From assembly GCA_044229975.1 (NCBI GenBank), contig JBGARZ010000005.1:352001-416000 (forward strand): a DNA stretch of 64,000 nt, read 5' to 3'. Made by a program: the position numbers and the translations under genes. Below are positions 9,677 to 19,873 of this stretch, piece by piece. Under the pieces are notes generated by a model that worked only from the letters and a program-made list of their open reading frames with translations, was not told where the DNA came from and did no database searches. This DNA comes from Polyangiales bacterium. GTDB taxonomy: Bacteria; Myxococcota_A; Polyangia; Polyangiales; Ga0077539. Position 1 is the stretch's first letter, and every line of letters starts with the position of its first letter.

Positions 9677-10391
9677 ACTCCGCGTACTCGTTGGTCGTGG
9701 TCTGCGGGATAAGCCCGATGACCTCACGCGAGCGCGGCGGCGACAGGTTGTCCTGCAAGCCCTCGCAACGCATGCGGCCGCGGAAGTTCTGCCCGTCGAC
9801 CGCGTCGATGAACACGTGACAAACGCCCGTCACTCCGATGGTCCCGTCTGCCGGCTTCACGCCCCAGCCGGCGCCGCGCACCTGCACGAAGCCGCCTTCT
9901 CCGCCGGACCGCAGTTCGGCGCCGGCGCGCTCGAGCACGCCCGTCGCGAAGAGGCCCTCCTGCGACTCGGAGAAGTTCTGCCCCGGCTCGATGGCCGCGA
10001 TGCGAAACGTGATGCGCGTGCCCCCGGTGGTTGGCGCCACGTTACAGACCACGTCGACCGTCGGCGACCCCGCGCTGCCGCGCACCGAGTGGCTCGTGAC
10101 GTTGCAGTTGGCGCCCGACGAGCTCGCCGGACACCGCACCCGCCACGCCGCCGAACCGGTTGCGGGCACCCCGCCGCCGTCCGCGCGACTCGTGCCACCA
10201 TCCGTCCCGCCGTCCGCGCCCGCACAGACGCACGCGCCGAAGCTGCCGCTCGCCCCGCAGGTCTGCGCCCCGGGGCCGCCGCCCGCGCAGGGGCACGCCA
10301 CCACCTGTCCCAGCGTGCAGCGGACAGCCTCGTCGGTTCCGCACCCCACCAACACAAAGGCAATGGCCACCATCGCCGCGTTCGCTCTCAT
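9648..10391 (-). CDS. Lipoprotein, paralog of 11689..12288, with an extra Cys-rich N-terminal module
   Basis: Lipobox LVGC; C-terminal ~170 aa nearly identical to 11689..12288. Confidence 0.75.
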   Translation of the reverse strand: MRANAAMVAIAFVLVGCGTDEAVRCTLGQVVACPCAGGGPGAQTCGASGSFGACVCAGADGGTDGGTSRADGGGVPATGSAAWRVRCPASSSGANCNVTSHSVRGSAGSPTVDVVCNVAPTTGGTRITFRIAAIEPGQNFSESQEGLFATGVLERAGAELRSGGEGGFVQVRGAGWGVKPADGTIGVTGVCHVFIDAVDGQNFRGRMRCEGLQDNLSPPRSREVIGLIPQTTTNEYAEFSFANCDRR

Positions 10392-10412
10392 CGATCCCTC
10401 CGAAAATTTAGG

Positions 10413-11648
10413 TCAGTACACCACGCGGGTGCTGATGCTCGTCGGCAGCGCGCCCACGGCGATGGCCACCGCGTTCGAGACGTCCTGATCGATGTCCATG
10501 ATCAGGTAGCCGATGGAGGCGTCGGTCGCGAGCACCTGCGCGCGGATGTTGGCCCCGAGGTCGCTCGCGATGCGGTTGACGTCGCGGAGCACGCCGGGGA
10601 CGTTGCGGTGCGCGTTGAGCACCCGGTGCGAGCCCGCCGTCGGGGCCATCTCCAGGTTGGGGAAGTTCACCGCGCCGACGGTGCTGCCCACCTCGATGTA
10701 GCGCGTGAGGCTCGTCGCCACCTCGCGCCCGATGTTGGCCTGCGCCTCCAGCGTCGAGCCGCCGATGTGCGGCGTCAGGATCACGTTGGGCAGGCCCTGC
10801 AACACCGACACGAAGCCCTCGCCGTTGCCCTCGGGCTCCTCCGGAAACACGTCGATCGCCGCGCCCCCGAGCTTGCCGTTGGCCAGCGCCTTCGCCAGCG
10901 CGTCGAGGTCGACCACGCTCCCGCGGCTGGCGTTGAGCAGCATCGCACCGGGACGCATGCGCGCGATGGCCTCGCCGTCGATCATCTTCTCCGTCAGCGG
11001 CGTCGCGGGCACATGCAGCGTCACGAAGTCCGACACCGCGAGCAGCTCTTCCAACGAGGGCAGCGTCATCGCGTTGCCGATGGAGAGCTTCGTCGCGATG
11101 TCATAGGACACCACCCGCATGCCCATGGACTCGGCCAGCACGCCGACCTGCGACCCGATGTGGCCGTAGCCCACGATGCCGAGCGTCTTGCCGCGCACCT
11201 CGACGCAGCCCGCGGACACCTTGCGCCACTGTCCGGCGTGAACCTCGCGCGCGCGGTCGCCGAGCTGGCGCGCCAGCATGACGATCTCGGCGATGATCAT
11301 CTCGGCCACGCTGCGGGTGTTGCTGAAGGGCGCGTTGAACACCGGCAGCCCGAGGTCGTGCGCCGTGCCCAGCTTCACCTGGTTGGTGCCGATGCAGAAG
11401 CACCCGACGGTCATCAGCGACGGGGCCTCGGAGAGCACCCGCGCCGTCACCTGGGTCTTGCTACGGATGCCCAGCACCTGCACGCCCTTGAGGCGCTCGA
11501 TGAGGGCGTCCTCGCCGAGGGCGCCGTTGAGCGCCTCGACCTTGCAGCCCGCGTCGAGGAGCAGGTCGTGCGCGCTGGCGTGGACGTTTTCGAGCAACAG
11601 GACCTTGAGCCCTGCCGCGCTGCGCGAAGGCGGAGAAGAACGTGTCAT
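10413..11648 (-). CDS. serA: D-3-phosphoglycerate dehydrogenase
   Basis: GIRSKT, CFCIGTNQV, NAPFSNTRSVAE, GYGHIG, TPHIGGST and a C-terminal ACT domain. Confidence 0.97.
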   Translation of the reverse strand: MTRSSPPSRSAAGLKVLLLENVHASAHDLLLDAGCKVEALNGALGEDALIERLKGVQVLGIRSKTQVTARVLSEAPSLMTVGCFCIGTNQVKLGTAHDLGLPVFNAPFSNTRSVAEMIIAEIVMLARQLGDRAREVHAGQWRKVSAGCVEVRGKTLGIVGYGHIGSQVGVLAESMGMRVVSYDIATKLSIGNAMTLPSLEELLAVSDFVTLHVPATPLTEKMIDGEAIARMRPGAMLLNASRGSVVDLDALAKALANGKLGGAAIDVFPEEPEGNGEGFVSVLQGLPNVILTPHIGGSTLEAQANIGREVATSLTRYIEVGSTVGAVNFPNLEMAPTAGSHRVLNAHRNVPGVLRDVNRIASDLGANIRAQVLATDASIGYLIMDIDQDVSNAVAIAVGALPTSISTRVVY

Positions 11649-11688
11649 CCGTGGTTTCGATTCGAAAGAGGGAGAAGGAGAAGGGAGC

Positions 11689-12288
11689 TCAGCGGTTGTC
11701 GCAGTTGGAGAACGTGAACTCCCCGAACTCGTTGGTCGTGGTCGACGGGGGGTTGCCGATGACCTCGCGCGAGCGCGGCGGCGACAGGTCGTCCTGCACG
11801 TTGGCGCAGGCGATGCGGCCGCGGAAGTTCTGCCCGTTGAGCGCGTCGATGAAGACGTGACAGACGCCCGTCACGCCGATGGTCCCGTTTTCCGCCGTCA
11901 CGCCCCAGCCGGCGCCGCGGATCTGCACGAAGCCGCCGTTTTCGCCCGCGCGCAGCTCGGCGCCCGCGCGCTCGAGCACGCCCGTCGCGAAGAGGCCCTC
12001 CTGCGACTCGGAGAAGTTCTGCCCCGCGTTGATGGCCGCGATGCGAAACGTGATGCTCGTGCCGCCCGTGGTCGGCACCACGTTGCAGCTCAGGTCGACG
12101 GTGGGCGACCCCGCGCTGCCGCGCACCGAGTGGCTGGTGACGTTGCAGTTGGCGCCCGACGAGCTCGCCGGGCAGCGCACCCGCCACACCGCCGAGCCCG
12201 TCATCGGGAGCGGGTCATCGCCGCAGCCGACTCCCATCAACACCAGCGCCCCGACCGCCAGACCACGCAACACTCGCATCGACATCAT
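11689..12288 (-). CDS. Lipoprotein, paralog of 9648..10391
   Basis: GGAGGA RBS; lipobox GVGC; shared WRVRCPASSSGANC...NCD domain. Confidence 0.8.
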   Translation of the reverse strand: MMSMRVLRGLAVGALVLMGVGCGDDPLPMTGSAVWRVRCPASSSGANCNVTSHSVRGSAGSPTVDLSCNVVPTTGGTSITFRIAAINAGQNFSESQEGLFATGVLERAGAELRAGENGGFVQIRGAGWGVTAENGTIGVTGVCHVFIDALNGQNFRGRIACANVQDDLSPPRSREVIGNPPSTTTNEFGEFTFSNCDNR

Positions 12289-12338
12289 CGCTCCTCCGAA
12301 CCACCGACCTAAGGTTGCCGCGACTCTACCCCAAGAGC

Positions 12339-13496
12339 TCAGCGGGACGTCGAAAAGGCGTGTTCGAGGTCAGCGATGAGGTCATCCGCGGCTTCCAGAC
12401 CCACCGAGATGCGGATGAGCCCGTCGTCGATGCCCAGAGCCGCGCGCGTCTCCGCCGGAACCGACGCGTGCGTCATGACGGCGGGCAGCTCGATGAGCGA
12501 CTCCACCCCGCCCAGGCTCTCCGCGCAGGTGAACACCTTCAGCGCCGACAAGAACTTCTGCGACCGCTCGGCCACCGTCCCGCCCGCCCCCTTGATGACG
12601 AAGGAGATCATCCCCCCAGGGGTCTTCATCTGACGGCGGATGAGCTCGCGCTGGGGATGGTCTTCGTTGCCCGGGTAGTACACCCGCGCCACGTCGGCGT
12701 GCTTCCGCAGCCAGAGCGCGATGGACTGGGCGTTGTGGGCATGGCGATCCATCCGCACCGGGAGGGTCTTCAAGCCGCGCAGGACGAGGAAGCAGTCGAA
12801 GGGCGACGGGATTGCCCCCATCGCGTTTTGCAGGAAGCGCAGCCGCTCGGCGAACTCGTCGTCGCTGGTCATCACGAGGCCGCCGACCACGTCGGAGTGG
12901 CCGTTGAGGTACTTGGTGCTGGAGTGCACCACCGCCGTCGCGCCGAGCCCGAGGGGCTGCTGGTTGCACGGCGTCGCGAAGGTGTTGTCGACGATGACCG
13001 GGATGCCCTTGCGGCTCGCGAGCGCGCACACCCGCTCGATGTCGAACACCTTCAGCATCGGGTTGGACGGCGTCTCCAGCCACACGAGCTTCGTCTCGGG
13101 GCGGAAGGCTTCTTCCGTGCGCGCGAGGTCGGTCATGTCGACGAAGGAGGCGGTGATGCCCATTGGGTTCATCACCTTGTCGAGGATGCGGAAGGTTCCG
13201 CCGTAGACGTCGTCGCCGCACACCACGTGGTCGCCGGGGCGGAGCAGGTGGAGCATCGTGGTGGTGGCCGCGCACCCGCTCGCGAAGGCGAGGCCGTGGC
13301 GCGCGCCTTCGAGGGCGGCGGCGCAGGCTTCGAGGGTGTTGCGGGTGGGGTTGCCGCTGCGGGAGTAGTCGTAGCCCTTGTGGTTGCCAGGGCCGTCCTG
13401 CGCGAAGGTGCTCGACAGGACGATGGGGGTCATCACCGCGCCCGACGTGGGGTCGGGGTGCTGCCCGGCGTGGATCGCGAGGGTCTCGATCTTCAT
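12339..13496 (-). CDS. Cystathionine gamma-lyase/gamma-synthase (Cys/Met metabolism PLP enzyme)
   Basis: YSRSGNPT, ETPSNP, DNTFATP, SSTKYLNGHSD (PLP lysine), AESLGGVESL. Confidence 0.93.
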   Translation of the reverse strand: MKIETLAIHAGQHPDPTSGAVMTPIVLSSTFAQDGPGNHKGYDYSRSGNPTRNTLEACAAALEGARHGLAFASGCAATTTMLHLLRPGDHVVCGDDVYGGTFRILDKVMNPMGITASFVDMTDLARTEEAFRPETKLVWLETPSNPMLKVFDIERVCALASRKGIPVIVDNTFATPCNQQPLGLGATAVVHSSTKYLNGHSDVVGGLVMTSDDEFAERLRFLQNAMGAIPSPFDCFLVLRGLKTLPVRMDRHAHNAQSIALWLRKHADVARVYYPGNEDHPQRELIRRQMKTPGGMISFVIKGAGGTVAERSQKFLSALKVFTCAESLGGVESLIELPAVMTHASVPAETRAALGIDDGLIRISVGLEAADDLIADLEHAFSTSR

Positions 13497-13558
13497 GGGG
13501 ACGGGTGATCCCACAGACGAACCGGCGCCCGCAAGGACGCCGGTCCTGGGAGGGGAGA

Positions 13559-15532
13559 TCAGCGGCGGGCGGCGCGGGCGGCGACCGGGGCGGGCGCGCG
13601 GCGGACGGGGGCTCCGGGCGTGGCGCCGAGGATGACCTCCAGCGTGGTGCCGCGGGCGTGGGCGAAGAACGGCGGCGCGGCCTCGCGGAAGTGCAGCGTG
13701 AGCTCGGCGCCGGTCGCGCGGTTGATGACGCCCGCGTTGGCGATGCGCGAGTCGAGGCGCGCGAGGGCCGCGGCGAGGTCGAGCGAGCGGCGACCGGGGA
13801 TCACCACCGTGATGGTGTTGCCGCGGGTTCCGGGCCCGGAGAGCGACGCGACGGGGCCGTCCATGCGGAGCGCGAGGCGGGTGCCGACGCGCACGCTGGG
13901 GTTGCCGAGCGCCGCGGGGCGCAGCGGCGACGCGCTGATCATCGGGCGCACGCCCGCCGCGGCGAGGCGGTTGGCGGCCGGCGCCATCGCGGCGCGGGCC
14001 CGGGGGGCTCCCTGCACGATGACGGGCTGCACGCCGTCGACCTGCCCGGAGTTGGACAAGGCCGCGCCCTGGAGGTCAGCCGGGAGGTGGTTGCCCGCGG
14101 CCAGGATGCGCGGCTCGGTGCCCGCGCCCATGGGGACGGGCTCTTCGGTCGTGCCTTCCTGAACGACGCCGGTCGGGGCGGCCGGGGCCGGGGTGACGAG
14201 GTCCGCCGCCGGAGCGGGGTCGGCGGTGACCGCGACCTGCGGGTGCGGCGCAGGCGCGCTCGACCCGCCGCCGATGGCCAGCGCGAGGATGGCGACGGTC
14301 AACGCAGCGGCAGCGAAGGCGTACATCACCACGCGGCGGTTGCGCTTGCGGGAGATGGTTCCGTCGGGGTCGCTCGCCGTCGCCATGGTGGGCAGGTGCT
14401 GCGGACGCAGCCCGTTGGGCAGCGCCTCGCCGCTGAAGTCTTCGGTCTCCGAGGTGCGCTGAAACCGCGCGCGCAGGGCGCCGACGCCCTTCACCACGCC
14501 CGCCGCGACGGGGGTCGCGATGCGGCGCGTGCCCTCCCAGGCCGAGCGCGCCACGCCAACGGTGCGCTGCATCCAGCTCGGGCCCGCGGGGAGCTCGTCG
14601 TCGAAGTCGTCGTCGGCCGAGTCGATGGCCGACGGCGGGGTCGCGACCGGCACGGCCTGGACCGTCGGGGGCTTCGGCCGGGCGACCGTTCGCACCGTCG
14701 GCGGATCGTTGGGGGCCGTATCAGTCGCCCGCTCGACGGGGGCCTCGATGGTCTTCGCGAGCGCGGGCTCGACCTTCGCGGGCTCGACCTTCGCGGGCTC
14801 GACGGCCTTCGCGACGACGGGCTCCTCGACCTTCGGCGCCTCGGCCTTCGGCGCTTCGCTCTTCGCGGCTTCGATGAGGGCCGCGGTGACGGGCGCCTTC
14901 GCGACCGACGAGGTGCGCGAAGTGCGCGGCGGGCCGCTGTCGAGGTCGATGGTGAGGATGAGCCGCGGGTTGCGGGTGACCGGGTCGATCTCGACGTCGA
15001 CGGCGCTGATGACGCCGGGCTCGTTCTCCTTCGATCCCTCCACGGTGACCTTGCCACCCAGCTTCAAGAACGACAGGTCGTGCCCGACCACCACGGCGCC
15101 CGGAACCCGCTCGCGGAGCTTCGCGCGGAAGGGCGCGTCCATGCTGTCGAGGTGCAGGCGCACCTTGCTCTCGGCCGCGGGGACGCTCTTCGCCATGGGC
15201 TCCAGCGTGCGGCGCAGCGAGGCGCGGGCGTCGCCCTGCATCGCGAGAAACTTCACCCCGAAGGCGCCCGAGCGGGAGCCCTCGTCGTGGCACCAGACGA
15301 CCTCACCGCGGCCATCGATGGAGCGGCCGTCTTCGAGCATGAAGCGAAACGCGAGCTGCTCTCCGAGGTCGGGGAGCAGCGGGCTGCGTACGCTCATGCC
15401 GCCGACGGACAGGTCGATGGCGTCGGCCTGGATGGCCTCGCGGGTCTTCTCCGGGCCGAGGTCGATGGAGGCGTGAAACGGTCGACGGGGGGCGGTCGGG
15501 TCGCGCCGATCCGCGGTGGCGATGGAACCCAT
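13559..15532 (-). CDS. PilZ-domain bitopic membrane protein with Pro/Ala linker and AMIN-like periplasmic end
   Basis: GAGGAG RBS; DLSVGGM, GEVVW and FGVKF PilZ motifs; EPAKV repeats; one TM helix (VVMYAFAAAALTVAILALAIG). Confidence 0.75.
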   Translation of the reverse strand: MGSIATADRRDPTAPRRPFHASIDLGPEKTREAIQADAIDLSVGGMSVRSPLLPDLGEQLAFRFMLEDGRSIDGRGEVVWCHDEGSRSGAFGVKFLAMQGDARASLRRTLEPMAKSVPAAESKVRLHLDSMDAPFRAKLRERVPGAVVVGHDLSFLKLGGKVTVEGSKENEPGVISAVDVEIDPVTRNPRLILTIDLDSGPPRTSRTSSVAKAPVTAALIEAAKSEAPKAEAPKVEEPVVAKAVEPAKVEPAKVEPALAKTIEAPVERATDTAPNDPPTVRTVARPKPPTVQAVPVATPPSAIDSADDDFDDELPAGPSWMQRTVGVARSAWEGTRRIATPVAAGVVKGVGALRARFQRTSETEDFSGEALPNGLRPQHLPTMATASDPDGTISRKRNRRVVMYAFAAAALTVAILALAIGGGSSAPAPHPQVAVTADPAPAADLVTPAPAAPTGVVQEGTTEEPVPMGAGTEPRILAAGNHLPADLQGAALSNSGQVDGVQPVIVQGAPRARAAMAPAANRLAAAGVRPMISASPLRPAALGNPSVRVGTRLALRMDGPVASLSGPGTRGNTITVVIPGRRSLDLAAALARLDSRIANAGVINRATGAELTLHFREAAPPFFAHARGTTLEVILGATPGAPVRRAPAPVAARAARR

Positions 15533-15773
15533 GGAATCTATCTCCTCTTTCCTCGCGACCCTTCGTGGGCAGAGAGCTCCCGCCGCGGGATCCACAGGTG
15601 TTGAGACCTGTACCCCGCGTCGGGATGACCGTTGGTGGTCCCCGCAAAGCTCGCTCGGCGCTTGAGCCGCCTATGCGACGGACGATTCCGATGCGTCCAA
15701 TTTCTGTCGCCACCCTTTCGTACGATTGCGGGAGAATTGACGTCGCTCTCGGCGATGGGCTAACGGCCGCGGC

Positions 15774-16715
15774 GTGGCGCTGACGCTGCACGTCTCGGTG
15801 CCGGGGAGCGATCCCCAGACCATCACCCTCGATCAACCGCGCGTCGTCATCGGCCGAGGGGCGCACGCCGACGTGCGCATCCCGTCGCGCGCCGTGAGCG
15901 ACCAGCACGCGCTCATCCGCGTCGACGGCCCCGACGTCTCCATCATCGACGAGGGCAGCACCAACGGCACGCGCGTCAACGGCGTCGCCATCCCGCGCGG
16001 TCGACGGAAGTTCCTGCGCGACGGCGACGAGATCGGCGTCGCCGACTACGACATCAAGGTGGCCTTCGTCATCGCGCTGGCCGACCCGCCCGAGCGCACC
16101 ATCACCCTCGCGCGCCGGCTCTTGAAGGACTCGCTGCGCTCCCTCGGCGGCGAGACCGCGCCGTCCTACCTGGAGCTACGAACGGGCAAGCAGGCAGGCG
16201 GTCGCTGGGACATCCTCCCGGCGGGCGCGCGGCTCACCCTCGGGCGCGGCGATGGCTGCGACGTGCTGCTCGACGACCGCGACTGCTCGCGCCAACACGC
16301 CGAGGTGGAGCGCGACGCCGACGGCATCATCGTGCGCGACCTCGGCAGCAAGAACGGCATCGTCGTTGGCGGCCGCGCGCTCACCGAGCGACGACTGAAG
16401 AACGGCGACGAGTTCACCATCGGCCGCAGCACGCTGCGCCTGGTCGACCCGGCCGAGGAGCTGCTCAAGAGCTTCGAGTCAGGCGCCGACGAGCCCGCCG
16501 CGCCGCCTCCGCCGAGGCCGTCGCTGCCGCCGGTGATCCCCGCGACGCCGGAGGAGGAGACCGCCACGACGCCCGCCGCGGAGGTCGTGGTCGCCGAGGC
16601 GCCGAAGCCGCCAGCACCACCGCGAAGAGGCGATGCCGACTGGATCGTGCTCGCGCTATCGGTGGTGATCCTGGTGGTGAGCGTGGTCGCGCTGGTGCTG
16701 GTGCTGAAGCGCTGA
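15774..16715 (+). CDS. Double FHA-domain protein with C-terminal TM anchor
   Basis: Two GR...S..HA...D.GS.NG FHA motifs; hydrophobic C-terminus. Confidence 0.88.
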   Translation: MALTLHVSVPGSDPQTITLDQPRVVIGRGAHADVRIPSRAVSDQHALIRVDGPDVSIIDEGSTNGTRVNGVAIPRGRRKFLRDGDEIGVADYDIKVAFVIALADPPERTITLARRLLKDSLRSLGGETAPSYLELRTGKQAGGRWDILPAGARLTLGRGDGCDVLLDDRDCSRQHAEVERDADGIIVRDLGSKNGIVVGGRALTERRLKNGDEFTIGRSTLRLVDPAEELLKSFESGADEPAAPPPPRPSLPPVIPATPEEETATTPAAEVVVAEAPKPPAPPRRGDADWIVLALSVVILVVSVVALVLVLKR

Positions 16716-16717
16716 TC

Positions 16718-17005
16718 TCACCCCTCCTGGGGTGACGTCGCGACCGGCGGAGTGATCGACGCACACAGCGCAATGAAGTCCGCGCGCGATCGCAGCGACG
16801 CGCGGGCGACGACGGCGTGGCCGAGCTCGTGGACGAGGATGCTGACGAACACCACCGCGAACCACTCGACGACAAACGCCGCTCCGCTGCGGCGCGATCC
16901 GAGCGCGAGGGTGACGAGGAAGAAGCTCGGGTGGATCGCGACGGGAAAGCCCGCGACCCGGAAGCGGAGAGCGGTCGGTGTGGCGTTGGCGGACTCGGGA
17001 TTCAC
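16718..17005 (-). pseudogene. Truncated site-2 protease (M50) fragment
   Basis: FRVAGFPVAIHPSF...SILVHELGHA, with a stop about 30 aa later; no NxxPxxxLDG half. Confidence 0.65.
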
Positions 17006-17011
17006 GGAGCG

Positions 17012-18676
17012 CTACGCCAGCACGAGCTCGCGCAGCAGGTCGAGGCTCACGTTGCCGCACGCGAGCACCCGCCGATGAAACTCCTTCAAGGGCCCCAGCT
17101 CCGCGCGCACCCAGTCGTCGCGCAGCGCGAGCATCGCCCGCTGGCCGACCTTGTACGAGATGGCCTGCGCGGGCCATCCCAGGTAGCGCGTCACCTCGCT
17201 GCGGGCGGTCTCGGCGTTCATGCCGCCGAGGGTCTCCATCATCTCGACCGCGCGATCGAAGGTCCACGGCTGACCCGCGTGCAGCAGCGCATCGTCGGGG
17301 ATGGTGAGCCCGAGGTGCGACCCGATGTCGATGACCACGCGGCACGCGCGCATCATCTGGTTGGCGAGCATCCCGAGCTCGTACTCGGGCTTCTCGTAGT
17401 AGCCGAGCTCGCGCATGAGCTGCTCGACATAGAGCGCCCACCCCTCGGCGTAGCCCGAGTAGCCGTAGGCCACGCGGTGCAGGCGCGAGAGGTTCTCGGT
17501 GAGCGACACCTGGATGCCGCACTGGAGGTGATGCCCCGGAAAGCCCTCGTGGTAGGCCGTGCTGACCTCGTCCCAGAGCGCGAACGGGCCGTCGCCGGTG
17601 AGCGAGTACCAGACGGTTCCGGGGCGCGAGAAGTCCTCCGAGGGCGGGAGGTAGTACGCGCCAGGAGGGCCGCCATCGGGCGCGGCCTTCACGTCGACGC
17701 GACGGATGGAGTCAGGCACGTCGAAGTGCTTGCCGTCGAGCTCGGCGAGGGCGCGTGACTGGCGGTCGTTCATCGCGGCGAGGAAGCTCGCGCGGTCGGG
17801 CGCACCGCGCGCGGGGTCGCTGCGCAACATCGCCATGGTGTCGGTGAGCGACGAGCCTGGCGCGATGGCCGACGCGAGGGCGGTCATCTCTTCGTGGAGG
17901 CGTCGCACCTCGGTCCAGCCCCAGGCGTAGGTCTCCTCGGGGTCGGGGGTCGACCCGAGGAAGCGTCGCATCTCGCGCAGGTACCGCGGCCTGCCGACGC
18001 CGTCGTCGGACTTCGCGCGCGGGAGGTAGGTGCCTTCGAGCCAGTCGCTCATCGATCCGTACGCCGCACACGCTTGCGTCGCGGCGGCGGTCACGCGCGC
18101 ACCGAGCGCGGCGTCCTCGATGCCCGCGGCGGCGAACCTCGATGCGAGCGCGCGGAAGGACGACTGCTCGCCCTCGTTGGAGCGCCCCTGCTCGATGGCG
18201 GCGCGCACCTGTCGGACGGCGACGAGCTGTCCGTGATCGAGGCCCTCGGCGAGCGAGCGGCGGTAGCCGTCGAGCACAGTGGCGACGCCTTCGAGGCGCG
18301 CGGCGATGGCCGACCACCCGGCGGCGCTGGTGGTGTCCATGGAGTCGAACACCATGCGCACCGACTGAAACGGCGACGCGAGGTGGTTGAGGTCGACGCG
18401 GTGGTCGCCGTGATCGAAGGCGGCGAGGTCTTGATCGAGCCAGTCGAGGGCGACGTGGACGGCGAGGCGCGACCATCGATCGGGCTGCGGCGGGAGCGCG
18501 GCGAAGCGATCGCGCCAGGAGCGCAGCGTGGCGGCGGCGTGGGCCGCGCCGTCGGGGGAGAGGTCGTCCCAGCGATGGTCGTGGCCGGGGATGCCCATGA
18601 AGGTGGCCTGCATGGGGCGGAGCGCCGCGAGCTCGTCGACGAGCGCGTGGCTGAGGGCGAAGGGGTCGTTGGTCAT
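17012..18676 (-). CDS. DUF885 family protein (putative metallopeptidase)
   Basis: YHEGFPGHHLQ, EGWALY, RACRVVIDIG, PAQAISYKVG. Confidence 0.9.
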   Translation of the reverse strand: MTNDPFALSHALVDELAALRPMQATFMGIPGHDHRWDDLSPDGAAHAAATLRSWRDRFAALPPQPDRWSRLAVHVALDWLDQDLAAFDHGDHRVDLNHLASPFQSVRMVFDSMDTTSAAGWSAIAARLEGVATVLDGYRRSLAEGLDHGQLVAVRQVRAAIEQGRSNEGEQSSFRALASRFAAAGIEDAALGARVTAAATQACAAYGSMSDWLEGTYLPRAKSDDGVGRPRYLREMRRFLGSTPDPEETYAWGWTEVRRLHEEMTALASAIAPGSSLTDTMAMLRSDPARGAPDRASFLAAMNDRQSRALAELDGKHFDVPDSIRRVDVKAAPDGGPPGAYYLPPSEDFSRPGTVWYSLTGDGPFALWDEVSTAYHEGFPGHHLQCGIQVSLTENLSRLHRVAYGYSGYAEGWALYVEQLMRELGYYEKPEYELGMLANQMMRACRVVIDIGSHLGLTIPDDALLHAGQPWTFDRAVEMMETLGGMNAETARSEVTRYLGWPAQAISYKVGQRAMLALRDDWVRAELGPLKEFHRRVLACGNVSLDLLRELVLA

Positions 18677-18766
18677 GGTGGCGAGCGAGACCAACGCTTC
18701 GACGGGCGTGGCGTCAAGCCGCGGTCGTTCTTGACAGCTACCGACGGCGGGAGGGACATCGTCGAC

Positions 18767-19873
18767 ATGTTGGGCTCGGTTCGAATCGTGAACTTCAAGG
18801 GGCTTCACGACGTGACGGTGCCGACGGGTCGCCTCACGGTGCTCGTGGGCCCGAACGGAGTTGGCAAGACGAGCGTCCTGGAAGCGATCGAGTTGGTCGG
18901 ACAGGCCGCGACGGAAGCGCGACCGCAGCTCTTCAAGAAGGACGTTCTCACCGGACGCTTTCGTCGTGAGTGGATCCTGCGATCGGGTGCCTCGGAGCTA
19001 AGCGTCGAGTGTGCGCTGGACGGTTTGACGCTCGCGCTCGCGGCGAAGTCGGGCGCCGCGTGGTGCGAACTCAAGGTCCGCGACGACGGCAGCAAGGACC
19101 AGCGCATCCTTGATGCGACCGACGATCCCCACGTCGAGCGGCTGCGAAACGTCGCCCGACTGCGCTTCGATCCAGAGTCGATGGCGAACTCACCCGTGGT
19201 CTCGGAGGGCTCGCCCTCGCTCTCGGCCGACGGGAGCGGATTGCCCACGCTACTTCAGTATCTCCATGGCCTGAGAGACGGCACGCTTGAGCGCATCGAG
19301 GCGGCCGTTCGAAGTGTCGTCCCGCGATTCCTGCGAGTTCAGTTCCGTCCGGTGGGTGTTCCCAACCACGGTTTCGAGAGCCACACGATCGACGGCAAGT
19401 CCTTCCTCGTTCCGACGTCGGGCGAGAAGGCGGGAGTCGGCCTCTTCGTCGAGTTCGAAGATGGCGTGGTGACGCCCGCCACCCACGTCAGCGAAGGAAC
19501 CCTCCTAACCATCGCGCTCCTGACGATGGCACACGCATCGTTGATCCACGGAGCGAGCCTCATCCTGATCGACGACATCGACCGCGCGCTGCACCCCGAC
19601 GCCCAGTTCTCGTTGGTGGAGGCGCTGCGCGAGGTGTTGAAGACGACGCCATCGCTTCAGATCATCGCGACGACCCACTCGCCCGATTTCGTCGATGCGT
19701 GCGAGTTCGACGAGGTGGTGGTCATGGGATTCGACCCGCTCAACGGACCAGTCGCCGCCCCGCTCTCGGCTCACCCTGAGGCGCAGCATTGGCGCACCCT
19801 GATTCGCACAGGCGAGTTCTGGGGCACCATCGGTGAAGGCTGGGTGAGGTCCGTCGAACGCGCCGCGGAATGA
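18767..19873 (+). CDS. ABC-type (AAA_21-like) ATPase
   Basis: NFKG, Walker A GPNGVGKT, signature SEGT, Walker B LIDDID, ALHP D-loop, TTHSP H-loop. Confidence 0.9.
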   Translation: MLGSVRIVNFKGLHDVTVPTGRLTVLVGPNGVGKTSVLEAIELVGQAATEARPQLFKKDVLTGRFRREWILRSGASELSVECALDGLTLALAAKSGAAWCELKVRDDGSKDQRILDATDDPHVERLRNVARLRFDPESMANSPVVSEGSPSLSADGSGLPTLLQYLHGLRDGTLERIEAAVRSVVPRFLRVQFRPVGVPNHGFESHTIDGKSFLVPTSGEKAGVGLFVEFEDGVVTPATHVSEGTLLTIALLTMAHASLIHGASLILIDDIDRALHPDAQFSLVEALREVLKTTPSLQIIATTHSPDFVDACEFDEVVVMGFDPLNGPVAAPLSAHPEAQHWRTLIRTGEFWGTIGEGWVRSVERAAE

